DNA from: the human T2T-CHM13v2.0 reference genome, Homo sapiens
Strand: one strand, 5' to 3'
DNA: 64,000 nt
Assembly (NCBI RefSeq): GCF_009914755.1
Contig: NC_060935.1
Made by a program: the position numbers and the translations under genes. Below, piece after piece: positions 29,995 to 45,617 of the stretch; positions within the stretch are counted from its first letter, which is position 1; every line of letters starts with the position of its first letter. Under the pieces are notes generated by a model, which ran no database searches, had not been told where the DNA came from, and was given only the letters and a program-made list of their open reading frames with translations.

Positions 29995-30525
29995 CTTTAA
30001 ATAATCACAAATTCAAACACCTTACCATAGCTTACAAAGCCCTTCTGTCCTCAGCCTACTCCTCTGAGCTCCTCTCTTTTCCCTCTCTCCTGTCTCATTC
30101 CACTTCAGCCACAAAGGCCTTCTAGTTGTTCTTGAACACACCAAACTTACTCTTTCCTAAAGGCCTTAGCACCTCCTTTGCCCTCTGCTAAGCAAGTAAT
30201 CCACGTATTACTTGCTCCCTTTGCTTCATTCAGGTTTCTGTTTAAAAGCTACCCCAAGAGGCCTTTTTTGACTAATCTAACTAGCAGATAACATAAACTT
30301 TACCTTCCCTTATTCTCAATCTTCTTACCCTATTTTATTTTTTTGCAAGAACTAATCACCACTGAAATCGTATTATATTTTGTTTACTCATTTATTGTCT
30401 GTCTCTCCCATTAGACTATAAGTAACATGAGTGCAGGAATCTAATATGCCTTAAGTCACTGTCACATCCCCAGCCCTCAAATAATGCCTAGCTTATAGTA
30501 GACATTCAATAAATATTTGTTCAAT
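29995..30525 (+). mobile_element. L2 3' fragment
   Basis: Ends ...TGCCTAGCTTATAGTAGACATTCAATAAATATTTGTT, a typical L2 terminus. Confidence 0.7.
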
Positions 30526-30625
30526 ATATTGTAAATGAAATCTTATTTGGCAATTAGTTATTCAACACAATATATTTATAGTCTATTAAATGCCAGATTC
30601 TGTGCTAGATGCAAGAGAAATGGGG

Positions 30626-30773
30626 ATATATATATATAAATATAAATATATATATAAATATAAATATATATAAACATATATAAATATAAATAAATATATA
30701 AAAATATATATATACATATATATTTATATATATAAATATATAAATATACGTATATTTATATATATATTTATAA
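30626..30773. repeat. (TA)n-rich simple repeat
   Basis: ~150 nt of TATA/TATAAA units. Confidence 0.95.
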
Positions 30774-31364
30774 ATTTGCTCCCACACTATGATAAGGGAA
30801 GAAAGCAAAAATACATTTTCAATACAACATGAAAAGTGCATATAAATGAGTACTATGAGTATTACCATACTCAGAATGATGGCGGCACAAATGAGAATGA
30901 TAAATATTATGTGAATGGGTCATAGATAGATTCATAGTACAAATGTTTTTACACTCACCTAAAACATCTGGGACAAAAAGGGATTCTATTCTAAGAAGAA
31001 ACAGCATGGACAAAGGCACAAAAGCAGAAAACAGCATGGAACTTTTAATGAAATTCAGAGCTCAGAGAGGCTGGGTTTGGCACATGGGTATTAAGACACT
31101 CTGCTGTTTTAGGTGTTATCCTGTCAAATTCACTGTTAACTCCCTAAGGGAAAGGACCTGTCACAAACTTACCTTCCACATATCTCAGATAATGAACACT
31201 AACAAGCATTTTACATGAATGGAGTTTTGATGTAGTTGATCCTACAGGGAAAACATTGGAAGGTCTTACAAATGATCCTCATTGGTTTTGTTTAATCTAC
31301 ATAGTTTTAAAAGTGAGGTTGTTTTAAAATTGGAAAAAGAAATAAAAACCAATTGTTTCATTCA

Positions 31365-31550
<186 letters not shown>

Positions 31551-34398
31551 CTAAGAAATTAAAACTATAGATAGCACAAACAGCTTAATCATCCTAATTT
31601 TATAGCTTCCTCGATGACTTGTTTAGTCACGGAGCAAATCTCCATTTTCCAAACTTACTGGCTTCCAATCCAAAGTGTCTACTTGTAATTTCAAATCTTT
31701 ACTTCCCAAACTTAAGAAAACTGTTCAGAGAATATTAAAATAAGTTTAAAAAATAAAAATTATCCCTTGCACACCTATATTTAATTATCAATTTGACACT
31801 TAGAGTGACAGAACAAGAGAGAAAACCTCCAAAGACAGATTAATATGTCTTATTCTGTAAAACGCGTTACATATGAAATTGTCCAGGGAACTGCTATCTT
31901 AGCCAGAACCCCAATGGCTACAAAAACTTCATTTCCCTTTTCATGCTGCCCCAGATTTAGGATTTTCTACATCAATTTAGAAAACTTGTCTATTTCCTTC
32001 CCCATACCACATATTTAAGCCCACTTCCTCGCTAACCAAATCTCACACATGACATCATCTGTTGTGACAGGCCAGGCAGTGGTTAAGAGAGAAGATTCCT
32101 ACTATTCTCATTACTTTTGGATCAGAGTTTACTATGACTGTGGAAATGTTCTCTATCAACCACGACCCATTCCTTGATCCAACAGTCACTGTAGAATACA
32201 TGCCCTGCTCAGGGCACCTGTGAAGACATATTAAGGGCAGACTGAGTATTTCGAGAAATATAGAAGATGTCTGACAAGGGATTAAAGCAAAATAAGACCT
32301 ATCATTAGCAACCATGGATAGATTTTGACTCTCCTTCCACTTGAAGTAAAAAGAAAGATGGGATTCAACATGGAAAACCCTCTTCATTTATATTTTAGTT
32401 ACTCAAAGGGCTGTATAACTCTCTTTCAGACTTTAGGGTACATTTTAGTATGCATTCTTTTCTAAGGAGACACCTATAGAAGTGCTAAAGAGACAAAAAT
32501 AAAGTAATACTAAAAATAAATGACAATAGCAGATCATTTGGCCATTAGCCTTTAGATGGCCTATGATCAAAGGCAATAATCATGGCCTTTAATGAATATA
32601 ATATTTTCTTAAAAATCAGTACGGCATAATTGAAAAATGAAATAATACTTCATTTTGTTACACAGGTAAACTCATGTCATAAGGGTCTGTTGTACTGATT
32701 ATTTCATCACCCAGGAATTAGACCCAGTACCCAATAGTTATCTTTTCTGCTTCTCTCCCTCCTCCTACTCTCCACCCTCAAAAAATTAATATTGTTGACA
32801 TTTTAAACATCTCTGCCAGATATGTTATAAGCAAGTAATAATGGTTATGAATTTATTTATTAGATAGATTTGTCTAATTTCATTTTGGATTGTAATTTAT
32901 TTACATTGCCACTAGTGAATCTTATTAAAAATTTCTAAATAAATAAGTAAATAAATTTGGGGGACATGCAAACATTCAGACCAAAAAGAAAAAAAAAAGA
33001 AATAATACTTCAATAGAATTTGACTAGACTGTTATCAAACTCTGGACATAATATAATATTGGGCAATTTTATTTGTGTTAAAATCCATCTAAACTGTATC
33101 TATAAAAGCATTTCTCAAATGGTATTAAGAGAAACTGGGACTATTAACAGATGTGTTGAGAAACAAATCAAATTCATCCCATGTGCACCTAAGTTTAACT
33201 ATCATACAAATTGCATAGAATATTTCATCCTACTGAAGGTATCATTCTTGAATGTCCTTATGCCCAGTGCTACTCATTTGCTATAGAGTCTTGAGAACTA
33301 ACTGCTGCTCTATTTCAAAGACCCTGAGAGGAAATTGAAAGGGCAGAGATCAAAATCATTTGAGAAGTCTTGTCCCTAACCATAAGATTCTTCTTTTATC
33401 AATGGATATCAGAATGTACTTCAAAAAAGTCAGGAAAAAGGCACCTATTTCATTATGCTTGAGTAGACTGGTGGGTGGTGGTGGGTTAATGCTCCTGGAA
33501 TTTCAAATTGAAAAATAATATTACTGAGCAAAATATATGCCAGGCATCATTGTAAGCATTTACATGCATTGCTTTATTTTTCACAACAAGCCTGTGGGAT
33601 ACTACCATTATCCTAGATTCATTTCTGGTTGAGAAAACTGAAATATAGAGAGGATGAAAAACTTTCCTAAGACCAAACAGTAAGTTTCGGAACTAGGGCT
33701 GGAACCCCATCTAAGTCCAGATTTCATGTTCCTATCCCCTAGTTAAATATTGTTACACATGGTAGATTTGATATATGTCACAACACAAAATTTAGACTTG
33801 GATGGAAAACTGGAGAAAATAAAATTCAAATCTCCCATCTTAAGAAAAATGGCATTCTCAATGACAAAATAACTTATCCAAGGTGACATAACTAGACGGA
33901 GGCAAAATAAGGCTTAGAGCTCAGCTCTCCTTCAGAGCTTTTCTCATAGTGCTTTAATCCCTATATTGAATGAGCTTCTGTGGAATGTCCCAGGAATATT
34001 GTTTTAAACAATATTTTAAACATTTTAAATAAGTTTTCCCCATGACTATTTAAAAAACTGGAAAAAGTATTAAAGAGGAAACTATATTTGTGTTTATGCA
34101 TAACTTATTTTTTCTAAGGTAATCAATTTCCTTATAGCCAATCATTTGGTAGTCTAATCATTCTTTGTTGATTTCCATGTATCCTTTATCACATACTAAT
34201 TTCACATATATGCCAAGATTTTTTTTCAAACCATCTGCCCTTCCTACTGGTCTGGCTGTCATTCTTTAGAATTGTTTTGCAAAGTTTAACCAAAAAAACT
34301 AATTTCAGAAGAAATAACTTCTTGTTCTACGCATATTACCTTTCAGAAACATGCTTGTCTCTCCGCTTATCCATGTTTTCTGTTCTGTTTCACAGTAA

Positions 34399-34731
<333 letters not shown>

Positions 34732-35361
34732 TGCTTTTCTTCTTAATATTAGGCTTAGGAACTTTATTTTGGTTGCGATTGTAGATGGAATTTTTCCTGA
34801 TTATATCATTTAAGTAATTATTGCTAGTATACAAGAGAACCATTGAGATTTACATACTTACTGTGAATCTGGTGATTTTTCTGAGATCTTTTACCAATTT
34901 CAAAATAGTCAGATTCTCTTGGATATTTCTGGGAGATAAGCTTCCTGGGACACTACAGAGCTGGAGATGGACACTGTTAAAGGATTCCTGGACACTATCT
35001 CTGCTTTCTCCCACAACCCCCAGGAGGATGTGGTCTTGCTAGTGGTAAATTTATTTCAAGAACCAAGAGAATGTTTACAAATATTCGCTTAGGTAAAAGC
35101 ATGTAGATTTTTGATGTACTTTCTTCTGGAATGGAGATATCAGCCTAGTGTATGAGGCAGAGGCAGAACAAGAAACTGATTTCTTTTTCTACTTTAACAT
35201 ATCTCCCCTATCTTCACCCTTGTAGGGCAAAAAGAATGTGATGCAAGCCATGAAAAGATATGCTACGTCTACTCCTGCTTTTAAAGTATTTATATCCCTT
35301 CTCTTAACTTCTGTATCCTTTGTTAAGTCAGAAACTTTTAGCTTATATGTGTGTACATAAT

Positions 35362-35381
35362 ACACACACACACACACACAC
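35362..35381. repeat. (CA)n microsatellite
   Basis: About 10 AC units. Confidence 0.9.
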
Positions 35382-38300
35382 ATATTATGTTCAAATAATG
35401 TCTTTTCTTTTTCAATAGTTATATTTCTTTTGTTTTCATGTCTTGTTGCATTTTTCAAAACATCTAGAACAAAGTCAGTAGAAAATATTTTTGTCATGTT
35501 CCTCATTTTAAGTATGCTGTTGTCTCTTGGTTTAAAATACTGTCATGTAAAGGACGTATGTTCCTATTACTAATTTTTTAACAACTGCTTTTCTTAAAAG
35601 CCAGGTATGGACATTGAATGTTACCAATGTTTCTCCTAGAATCTCAATAAATTATATGACTTTTTCTCTATTGATATATTAATGTGATATATTAATGTAA
35701 TATATTAATGACTTCTAATATTAAGCCATTTTTATAGTTCTAAAAAGAATGATTAGGGATCTTTTTCTTTATTCTTGTAATTACATAAACAGTTCATACA
35801 TCTGTTTGCAAAACTATTTTCATCAATTTATTAGCAATGTGGGCCTCTTTAATCTGCATAAATGTGTTACGCATTATGAAAATACCTCAAGAATACTTTC
35901 TTCTATAATAACCTTGAATTCATATCTTATGTTTTCCCATCCAAAAATATGGTATGATTTTTAGTACATTCAAATTTTCTTTTACATATCTAAAGTTATA
36001 CAATTTTCTTCCTTTACATTTCCATTTGTTCTGTATTTCTGCCACTCCCTCCCCCAAATTTGTGAAATAGGGTCTTCGTTTGTAGTCCTTTATTATCTTC
36101 TCCTTTATAACTATTTTTTTCTTCTCTACCCTAGAACTTCTCAACTATCTCCTGTCATTCATGAGATTTTCTGTACTGTTAATTCTGCTATCTACTGCTT
36201 TCCATAGACTTTATTTCTGACTTTACATTTTAAAATTTTTGGCAATTCTTATTTTAGCTAGCTCCCTTTCACCTCAAATTGTTATCTCCTTATAACTTCT
36301 TTTTCATAGACTGCATAGCAAATGCTTTATAGCATTTTCTTGTTTCTTTTAATGAAACACTTTTCACAGTTATTTTCTTCCTCTGAGTCTACCTTTACCT
36401 TATACTGCAATAAATTTCACAGGTACTTTTTACTTATCCTAGAACAAGGGAAAGTTCTAAGATTTAATATTTAACATAAATGGTTCTGAGTCCATTCTTA
36501 GGCCCACTCTTTATTGTGTTAATAGAATGATTTTCTTTAATTAGTAGATGGAGACTAAGTGGATGTTCACTTAGTCTAATTTCCAGTGTTCTAGCAAGGC
36601 ACTAGTAGACCGAAATGTATTCTACTCTTATCTCTACTCCTTGATTCTGTCCCTCTGAATATATAATAGAGTACTGGATAAATAATATTTAGTATCCACA
36701 AATCTGAAGATTTTTCCTCTTTACCTGCATACAATATTTTTAGTGTGTGAACTATGTAAATGTGGCATGCAATGGACCACTGCTATTTTGTCCCTCTACT
36801 CCCTACCATATCTTTTCCAAGAATTGTAGTTTCAGAATAAATATAAAGAGACACTAATAGGGATTGATAATAAAAGAAAAAGACTATGACTGTAGCAAGA
36901 GGGAAACTACCCTGTGGTGCATCTCTCAGAGCCAAATGGCAGATAGGAAATTACAAAATGTCTTCCTATAGGTAAGAATTGCTCACTTCAAAAAGGCAAG
37001 TACATGGACTACTGATTCCGATTGTCAACTGAAATACTGAATTTAGAGTTAGGAGATTTTCTCCCAAATTCTCATATGTTGAATATGATTCGTTGGCAGG
37101 AGAATGAATCTGGGAATACTAGCCTAATTACAACTTAACCCAAGTCGTAGAGTGGTGTTCATTATTCATCACATAGGTTACTGTTTTAATGAGAAAATGT
37201 ACTTTGATTTTCAAATGCAATTTTTAGAACATAATTCCCTGGCAAATTGAAAACTGTCTATATTAAATTTTATTTATTATATTTAGATATGGTATAAAAT
37301 TGCTAAATATTAAAAATATCAACTCAATCATAAATTATCACTCTAGAATATGTGAATTTTTTTCTCTAATGTTTGAAAAAATCTGATGTCCAATATTTCT
37401 CTGAGTCTTGAACTGTAACATTCAGGAGTCTTTAGCCAATATGCTTATCTTAATCATCTATAGGAACTTAACAATGAGTTCCTATAAGGTGTCACGAACT
37501 CTAATGGGTACTAGAAATATAGAAAAGGGAAGCTGGTTAACTATTTAGGTTTTGTTTTTGTTTTTTGGAAGTAGGGGCACCCACATGGCTTGTTTTATTG
37601 AGCTTTACTACTTTATATACCATAAAATTCACTCTTTTTGGTGTACAGTTCTATGGCCAATGCATAAAATTACATAACCAACACCAAAACAGTTCTATCA
37701 CCACCCAAAACTCCTTCATATTACCTCTTAATCATTCAGTTTTGTTCCTATTGAGCCTGAGATGTCTGAAAGTCTGATAACAATCTTCAATAAGATAAAA
37801 ACAAATTAGGCTTTATGTTCAGGAAAAATCTTGGCTAGAGATAAATGTTTGGGAATTTCTGCTTAACGACTGGACTGAAGTAATGGGAAAGAGACTGCCC
37901 AAACCCACAACCAAAATGAAGATAGTTGAGGATGGAACCCCTGGAAACATCAAAATTTACATGGTAAATAGTAATAGAGGAAAGGAATATTACAAACGGA
38001 AATGCAAGAAAAGTAGGGTACCACAGAAAGTAGAAGAGCATTCTGAAAGTGAGAGTGGTCAATGGTAGTAAAGTACATGACAATACCTGGTTAATATAAG
38101 AACTAAAGGTATTTTGGCAATTAGGAGGGTATCAATAACTTCAGTAAGAACAATTTCACTGGACTGACACAAGCAAGAGCCTGAATACAGTGCTTTGTAG
38201 AGTTACTGGGAAATGGGAACAAAAAGATAAAATTTAAAATAGTAGCTAATGGAACATGCCAACTCAAAGGAGGAAAGGCATGAACTTGGTTACAAGTTGA

Positions 38301-38474
38301 GGAAAAAGAGTTTGTAGGGATAAAATCATTGAAAATAAAGAGAACTGAGTAGATAATAGAGCCGAATGAGAAGCTGTAATTAAGAATACACAAGATAAAA
38401 TATGTTGCATAAAAACATATACATCTTCCTGAGGTAGAGATGCTCAGTATTAACAGGAAGCCTCAGTATTTAAA

Positions 38475-39120
38475 GGAAACCTCCTCATATTTACCTAAAT
38501 GAGTTGAAAACTTATGTCCATAGAAAAACCTGCACATGAATGTTTATAGCAGCTTTATTCACAATTGCCAAAACTTGTAAGCAACCAAGATGTCTTTCAA
38601 TAGGTGAATGGATGAACAAAACTGTGGTACATCCATACAATGAAAAATATTCAGCGATAAAAAGAAATGCGCTATTAAGCCACATTTAGACATGGAGGAA
38701 ACCTAAGTGCATATTATTAAGTGAAAGAAGACAATCTGAAAAGTTATATGCTGTGTGATTCCAACTATATGACAGTTTGGCAAAAGCAAAACTATGGAGA
38801 GGGTAAAAACATCAGTGATTCAGAGGAGGGAGGAAAGGAGAATGAATTAAAGCACAGGGCATTTTGAGGACAATGAAACTACTCTGTATGATAGTGTAAT
38901 GGTAGATACATGTCATTACACACTTGTCAAAACCCATAAAAGGTACTAAAAAATGAGCCCTGTTGTGAAGTATGAACTACAGTTAATAACTGTAACAGAG
39001 GTACCAAACTAATAAAAGAGGTTAATAATAGGGGAAACTGTGTACGTGAGGAAGTATATTTGAACTCTGTACATTCCATTCAATATTTCTGTAACTCCAA
39101 AAGTGCCCTTAAAAAAAACA
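38475..39120 (+). mobile_element. Old L1M (L1MC-like) 3' fragment
   Basis: ATGTTTATAGCAGCTTTATTCACAATTGCCAAAACTT...GTGGTACATCCATACAATG followed by an L1M-type 3'UTR. Confidence 0.8.
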
Positions 39121-39737
39121 ACTAAAAGGTGTAAAGAAGTTGAAGTTCCCATATGCTAGCCTTTTATTTCCATTAATTGGCAGGAGTTGATATGAGTTGG
39201 CATCTCTCAGCAAATGTTCCATCACATTCTAGATAACCCAAAATAGGATATCTCCTAATTGAGTATCCCTGTAATTTAAATGTCCAGGTGGCAAGTGAAC
39301 CAGTGCCTACTGATATAAGGAAAACAGTCATTAACTTGCAGTGTAGAGATAACTGTAACTGGCATCTCTATAACTGCCAAATTTCTTGAAATTTGATTCA
39401 TATCTCCAAATCCACTATTTTATTATAAATCATGAGATATAAATCAAGTCATGTCACACTTTATTTTAGTCAATATGGCCTTTTCTGAAATATTTGGAAA
39501 GAATGCACTCAAAGAAAAAAAATAAAAGTATATCCATCCAACACCTTGTTCCTACCAGAGCTGTAAAACATCATAAAAACAATCTTTGAAATTTTGTAGA
39601 ATTATAGGAATCATAATAATAATAATTTAAATATATCCTACATTTTCAGGTTCCATGATTTATATTTTCATGTAAGTAACGTCCTATCTCTGATAGGTTT
39701 CACTGTTTGAGAGAAGCTTCAAAAAGTCTGATAAAAC

Positions 39738-41123
39738 CAATGGTTCTCAAAGTGTTTGTCCGCAGACCCCTGATAGTGCCCAAGTCCATTTAAGGAAATC
39801 TGTGATTTCAAGTAATAACAATATTATTTATTTGCTTTTTTCACTGTGTTGACATTTTCATTGATGATGTAAAAGCAGTGATGGGTAAGGCAGCTGGCCC
39901 CTTAACTTGAATCATGGCAGTAGCATCAAACTACTAGTAATCATTACTGTCATTACCACTATGCACTCACAGTAAAAAAAGCCACTTTCACTTAAGAATG
40001 TCCTCGTTGAAGCAGTAAAACTATTAACTGTATTAAATCTTGAATGTGAAGTACACATCTTTGTAGTACTCTATAGGATGAAATGGAAAGTGCATAAAAA
40101 GCACTCATACTGCATACCAAAGTACAATGGTTGTTTTGAGGGAAAAACACCTGTGCAACTGTGTGTGTGGGGGGAAAGCCTCATTTTTCATGAAATACCA
40201 TTTTTATTTGAAAGAAAGAGTGACAAGCTCTGGTTATTCAGACTTGGGAATCTGTCAGACTTTTCTCAAAAAAGAACAAAGTAAGCCTGTCAGTTCAAAA
40301 AGAACAATTCGGTGTTTTGTCGCCAATGAAAACAATCAAGTTTTAAAGCAGAAATTAGAATTTTGAAAAACTTGTATGTGCTATTCTGAGCCTGACGGCT
40401 TCTCAATACCTGAGAAATATTCTCATGGGATTGGTGGTGATATTAATGAATATAATTAAAAATATATATATAATGAAATATGTCAATATTTTGGAGGATC
40501 TGTATCATCCAGTGAACCAGTATTTTCCAAATGACTGATGCATTTTATCACAAAATCATGCATGGGGAAATTATCTATTTAAACTGCACGACAGACCAAT
40601 GGTTGTAATGCAAGTACTAAAAGTTCATTTATATGGTTTTGAATTCCATATTATCTTTAAGAAAACAGTATCATTTGTCAAATTTTGGCATAGTATCAAA
40701 TGAGAATATCAACAATTATTTTTAAAATACTATTAAAATACTCCTCCCTTTTCCAGCTACCTGTGTGAGGCAAAATTGTTTTCATACACTTCAACCAAAA
40801 CAACATGTCACAACAGACTGAACGTAAAAGCAGATATAAGAATCTAGCTGGCTTCTATAAGCTAGACATTAAAGATTTACAAGAATGTAAAACAATGCCA
40901 TTTATCACATTTTGGGGAAAAATATAGTTACTTTTCATAAAATTGTTATTTACATTAATGTAATAAATTTACTAAGGATTATTTTAAATGAATTAATAAA
41001 TATATTTTAAATTTCTGAGTTTTGATTTCTACAATGGTAAATATTGACAGGCATAACTCATTGAAGTAAAGGCGTGTTGGGGTTAATAATTTTGAAAAAT
41101 GTAAATGGTTCCTGAGACCACTG
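39738..41123. mobile_element. Charlie1a-like hAT DNA transposon
   Basis: Starts CAATGGTTCTCAAAGTG, ends ...CCTGAGACCACTG; internal TTTTTCACTGTGTTGACATTT; degenerate 8-bp TSD GATAAAAC / GAATAAAC. Confidence 0.85.
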
Positions 41124-41231
41124 GAATAAACTATTAAACTGACAAGGTTATCTGAAAATGAAACCACAGTTTCTAGTCAATGATTTAGAACATGATATTA
41201 AAAGGCTAATTTGATACTTGATAAAATATCA

Positions 41232-41477
<246 letters not shown>

Positions 41478-41848
41478 CTAATTAAATTAAAATAAATGCT
41501 TCAGTAAATGGTGCTATTAAAACGGTAAGCATCGATATAAAATTAAAACATTAAATCTGACAGCAAAAAAATGATCCATAGTAATTAACTTCATATTTTA
41601 AAGTTAAAAATAAATAATTTTGTCATATTAAATGCTGAACTTTTGAAATTATTAAGAAGAATATACCTTGGTTAAGTGATGTAAAATGTTTAAAATGGAC
41701 ATTAGAATTATAAGAAGTTAAAAACAAGAAAGATCATATAAAATAACAAATAGTCTTTCAATTTTAAAAAAGGATGGACTGAGGCTCATGATAAAACAGT
41801 ATATTACGTACAATAGTGTAATCAAACATGTTCAAGAATACTTGATTA

Positions 41849-42757
<909 letters not shown>

Positions 42758-43849
42758 TTAAGCTTCTATAAAATAAAGTTGTTAGGAATATAACAGTGAT
42801 AACCAGATTAGAGCAATGAATGCATTTATGGTATAAATTATATTTATTTGGCTTTATTTAATGGTCCACAAACACAAAATCACATGAAATATCTGAGTGA
42901 AGATGGTAGAACATTAATTTAACAAATAATTTACTGAATGCCCATGAAATAATTATATGAACATCTACTCTGAATTACGTTGTATGTTGTGCTGCAAGGG
43001 ATACATAGAAAAATCATGGTGCTGTCCTTCAGAAGATTATTATCTATATGTAGAACTAAAATATCTAAAACATATAATAATTAAGAAAATTTCAAGGTAA
43101 TATTTAGTATCAAATGAATAACATAAATAACTGCAAGAGAAGTGGAAAGATGCAGGGAGATCAGTAAGGCAAGTGCTTCACTTTATCTTGAACAGATGTG
43201 ATCTAATAGCATTCTGAAGGATTCATTGTATTTGAACAGAAAGAACGAAAGAAAAAGGGATGTCAGGCAAGTAATATGGTAAGGGCAAACTCTGGCTTTA
43301 AGAAAGAAGATGGTATGTTCAGTAAATAAGCATGGCTTAAAATGTATAAAAAAGAGTTTTATGCTGGAAAAAAGGAGAAAAGAATAGAAAACTGAATGGG
43401 ATTACCAGGATGACTCACCCTGTAGGCAAAGGATTCTGAATAGAGAAATGATATAAAGTATAAAAGATCAATTTACACGAAGAAAGTTATAAAGTAACAA
43501 ATGACATAAAGAAGACAGCAGTGAAAAATTGAGAGATAATATATCCACTAAGATTGTAGCCTCTTTATACCTTAGTAAAATGGGAGTGGCTTTCCCCTCA
43601 AAGTTAAATACACAATATAACCAATAGAAAACTTAACTAACAATCCAATAATGTAGTTAAGTGAATAAAACAAGTAAGTTCCACGGCAAAGCAGAGCATA
43701 GTATTGGGAAGGAAAACAAAAGCTGTCAGTTTATCATTTAGAAAAGAATGAATTCCATTAAAATTATCACAAGTATATATTAAAAGAACAATTAGTGACA
43801 CGTAAGATAACTAGAAAAAATAACATATGTAGTTCTGTGGTTGTTAGGG

Positions 43850-44399
43850 AATAGAAATATGACAATGTAATGAGACCGACCTCAAACTACATGTTAGAGG
43901 TATATATTGAACTGACAGCTATCCCCACCAAAGAAATCACCTTATGAGGCTGATTATTCCAATATTTCCACCACAGCACAGAATATTCCTGGAGTCTTTC
44001 TATAAACCACACACTATAAAAAATCTAAAAATATGAAAATAATCACACTTCATTTTTTATCCCAAACAGTGACTTTAACACCCACTTCATTCACTTGTCT
44101 CGGTTATAAGGACCTGTTAGCAGCTTGCAGAAATGAAATCCAACTTAAGAAGATGAGAATTAACTACCATTAAAAATCTTCAAAAAATGTGCTGCGAATT
44201 CTGAAGGTAATTACAAAAATTCAATGCCAAAAATTTTTTGAGCAATGGGAATCTTACCGGACTATGTTTCCAGCTTTCCAAGAGGATTACTTTTTTCCTA
44301 TAGATTGTGGAAGAGAGGATACAGCTCATTTAATTGTACAAATTCTGGTATGTTTATACGGCAATAAGACTTTCTGTATAATGGTTAACACCTCATGTA
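43850..44399. mobile_element. MARNA-like ancient mariner non-autonomous element
   Basis: Plus-strand peptide LKVITKIQCQKFFEQWESYRTMFPAFQEDYF resembles the mariner C-terminus (FQKCFEQW..RW.KC...GDYFE); right end ...AACACCTCATGTA. Confidence 0.65.
44258..44297 (-). other. CCDC82: CCDC82 5'UTR exon (40 nt)
   Basis: Acceptor ATCTATAG|GAA, strong donor CCG|GTAAGA. Confidence 0.65.
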
Positions 44400-44464
44400 A
44401 AATCAGAACGGGGGCTGCCAAAATTATACAGCAGAAATTATAGCGTGTAGGATGAAATATAACT

Positions 44465-44686
44465 TTTATTTTTTTAAGAGATAGGTCTTGTCCTGTTGTC
44501 CAGGCTGGAGTGCAGTGGCATGATCATAGATTACTACAGCCTTGAACTCCTGGGGCTCAAGCGATATGTTTCGATTTTTAAATTTTTTGTAGAGATGGAG
44601 GTCTCACTATGTCCTGATCTCCTGACCTCAAGTGATCCTCCCACCTTGGCCTCAGTGCTGGGATTACAGGCATGAGCCATTGCCCA
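44465..44686 (-). mobile_element. Degenerate AluJ-like element with deletions
   Basis: CCAGGCTGGAGTGCAGTGGCATGATCATAG...GCTGGGATTACAGGCATGAGCC. Confidence 0.85.
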
Positions 44687-45533
44687 AAGTATAACCTTAT
44701 GTCAGTAATTGCTATAAAATATAATCAGCATTGTAATAGCAATCTAACAAATTCTGGTCAACAGGGCAGTCTGCTATTTGAAATTACCCTTGGGTTGCAT
44801 CTTACAAAAGGCTTATATTAAAATCAGCAAAGATGAAAATTGTGTGTAGTCAAAATTACCCTTTAAAAAAATCTCTATATTAAAGTATGGTTTTGTGTAC
44901 ACTATACTGCGTTACAATACGTCCACCCAGTTTCTCCTCCAGGTTTTAAGCAGCTTACTGTTTCTTTGGTTTAGCACCACACGAACTAGGCATCTTACAT
45001 TTTTAAGCTGTATAGTACAAAAAAGTATTTGTAAACACATAAATTTGCGTAAGCTAAGTGTGCATATGTGCACGTGTAGTATATCACATTGTAATAACAA
45101 AGCATGGCTTTCTAATAAACCTGTTTGAATTGGGAGAAATAATGAAAAAACATTTATGAAAACAATGACAAATATGGTTGCAGTAGATACACTAAAGCAA
45201 ATATGGACAGTAAAGAACATTAAAGTTAACGATGATTTTTATTAGTACCCAAAAGCAAATTCATATACACTAGATGATTATCTTACAAAACTATAACATG
45301 CCCAGAATGTCAGTTATTTATCATGAAACAGGTGATTCCTATGACAATGGTGGAAATGATTAAGAATCACACTATTAAAAACTTATGACTGCACAGTTAA
45401 GCCATAAAAGAAACTTTAAGTTTTTAGTGCATTTTCACATTGATTTTTAAATCCTGACAATGATCCTAGAAGGAAGATATCTATTTTTATGTGTAAATAT
45501 CAAAGCCAAGGACATAGAGTTTAAATGACTTAC

Positions 45534-45617
45534 CGAAGATCACGCAGCTTGTTAGTGACAGAGCAGGGATTAGAAACCGGGTCTCTTGATTCCCCGTCCA
45601 GTGCCACACAATGACGG
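45534..45617 (-). other. CCDC82: Candidate CCDC82 5'UTR exon within a MIR
   Basis: Donor TCG|GTAAGT at 45533, acceptor TTGGCAG|CCG at 45618; sequence is MIR-like (AAATGACTTACCGAAGATCACGCAGCTTGTTAGTGACAGAGCAGGGATTAGAAACC). Confidence 0.55.

Noticed and set aside
30605-30868. Tyr/Ile-rich ORF
   Set aside because: Translation of a (TA)n repeat.
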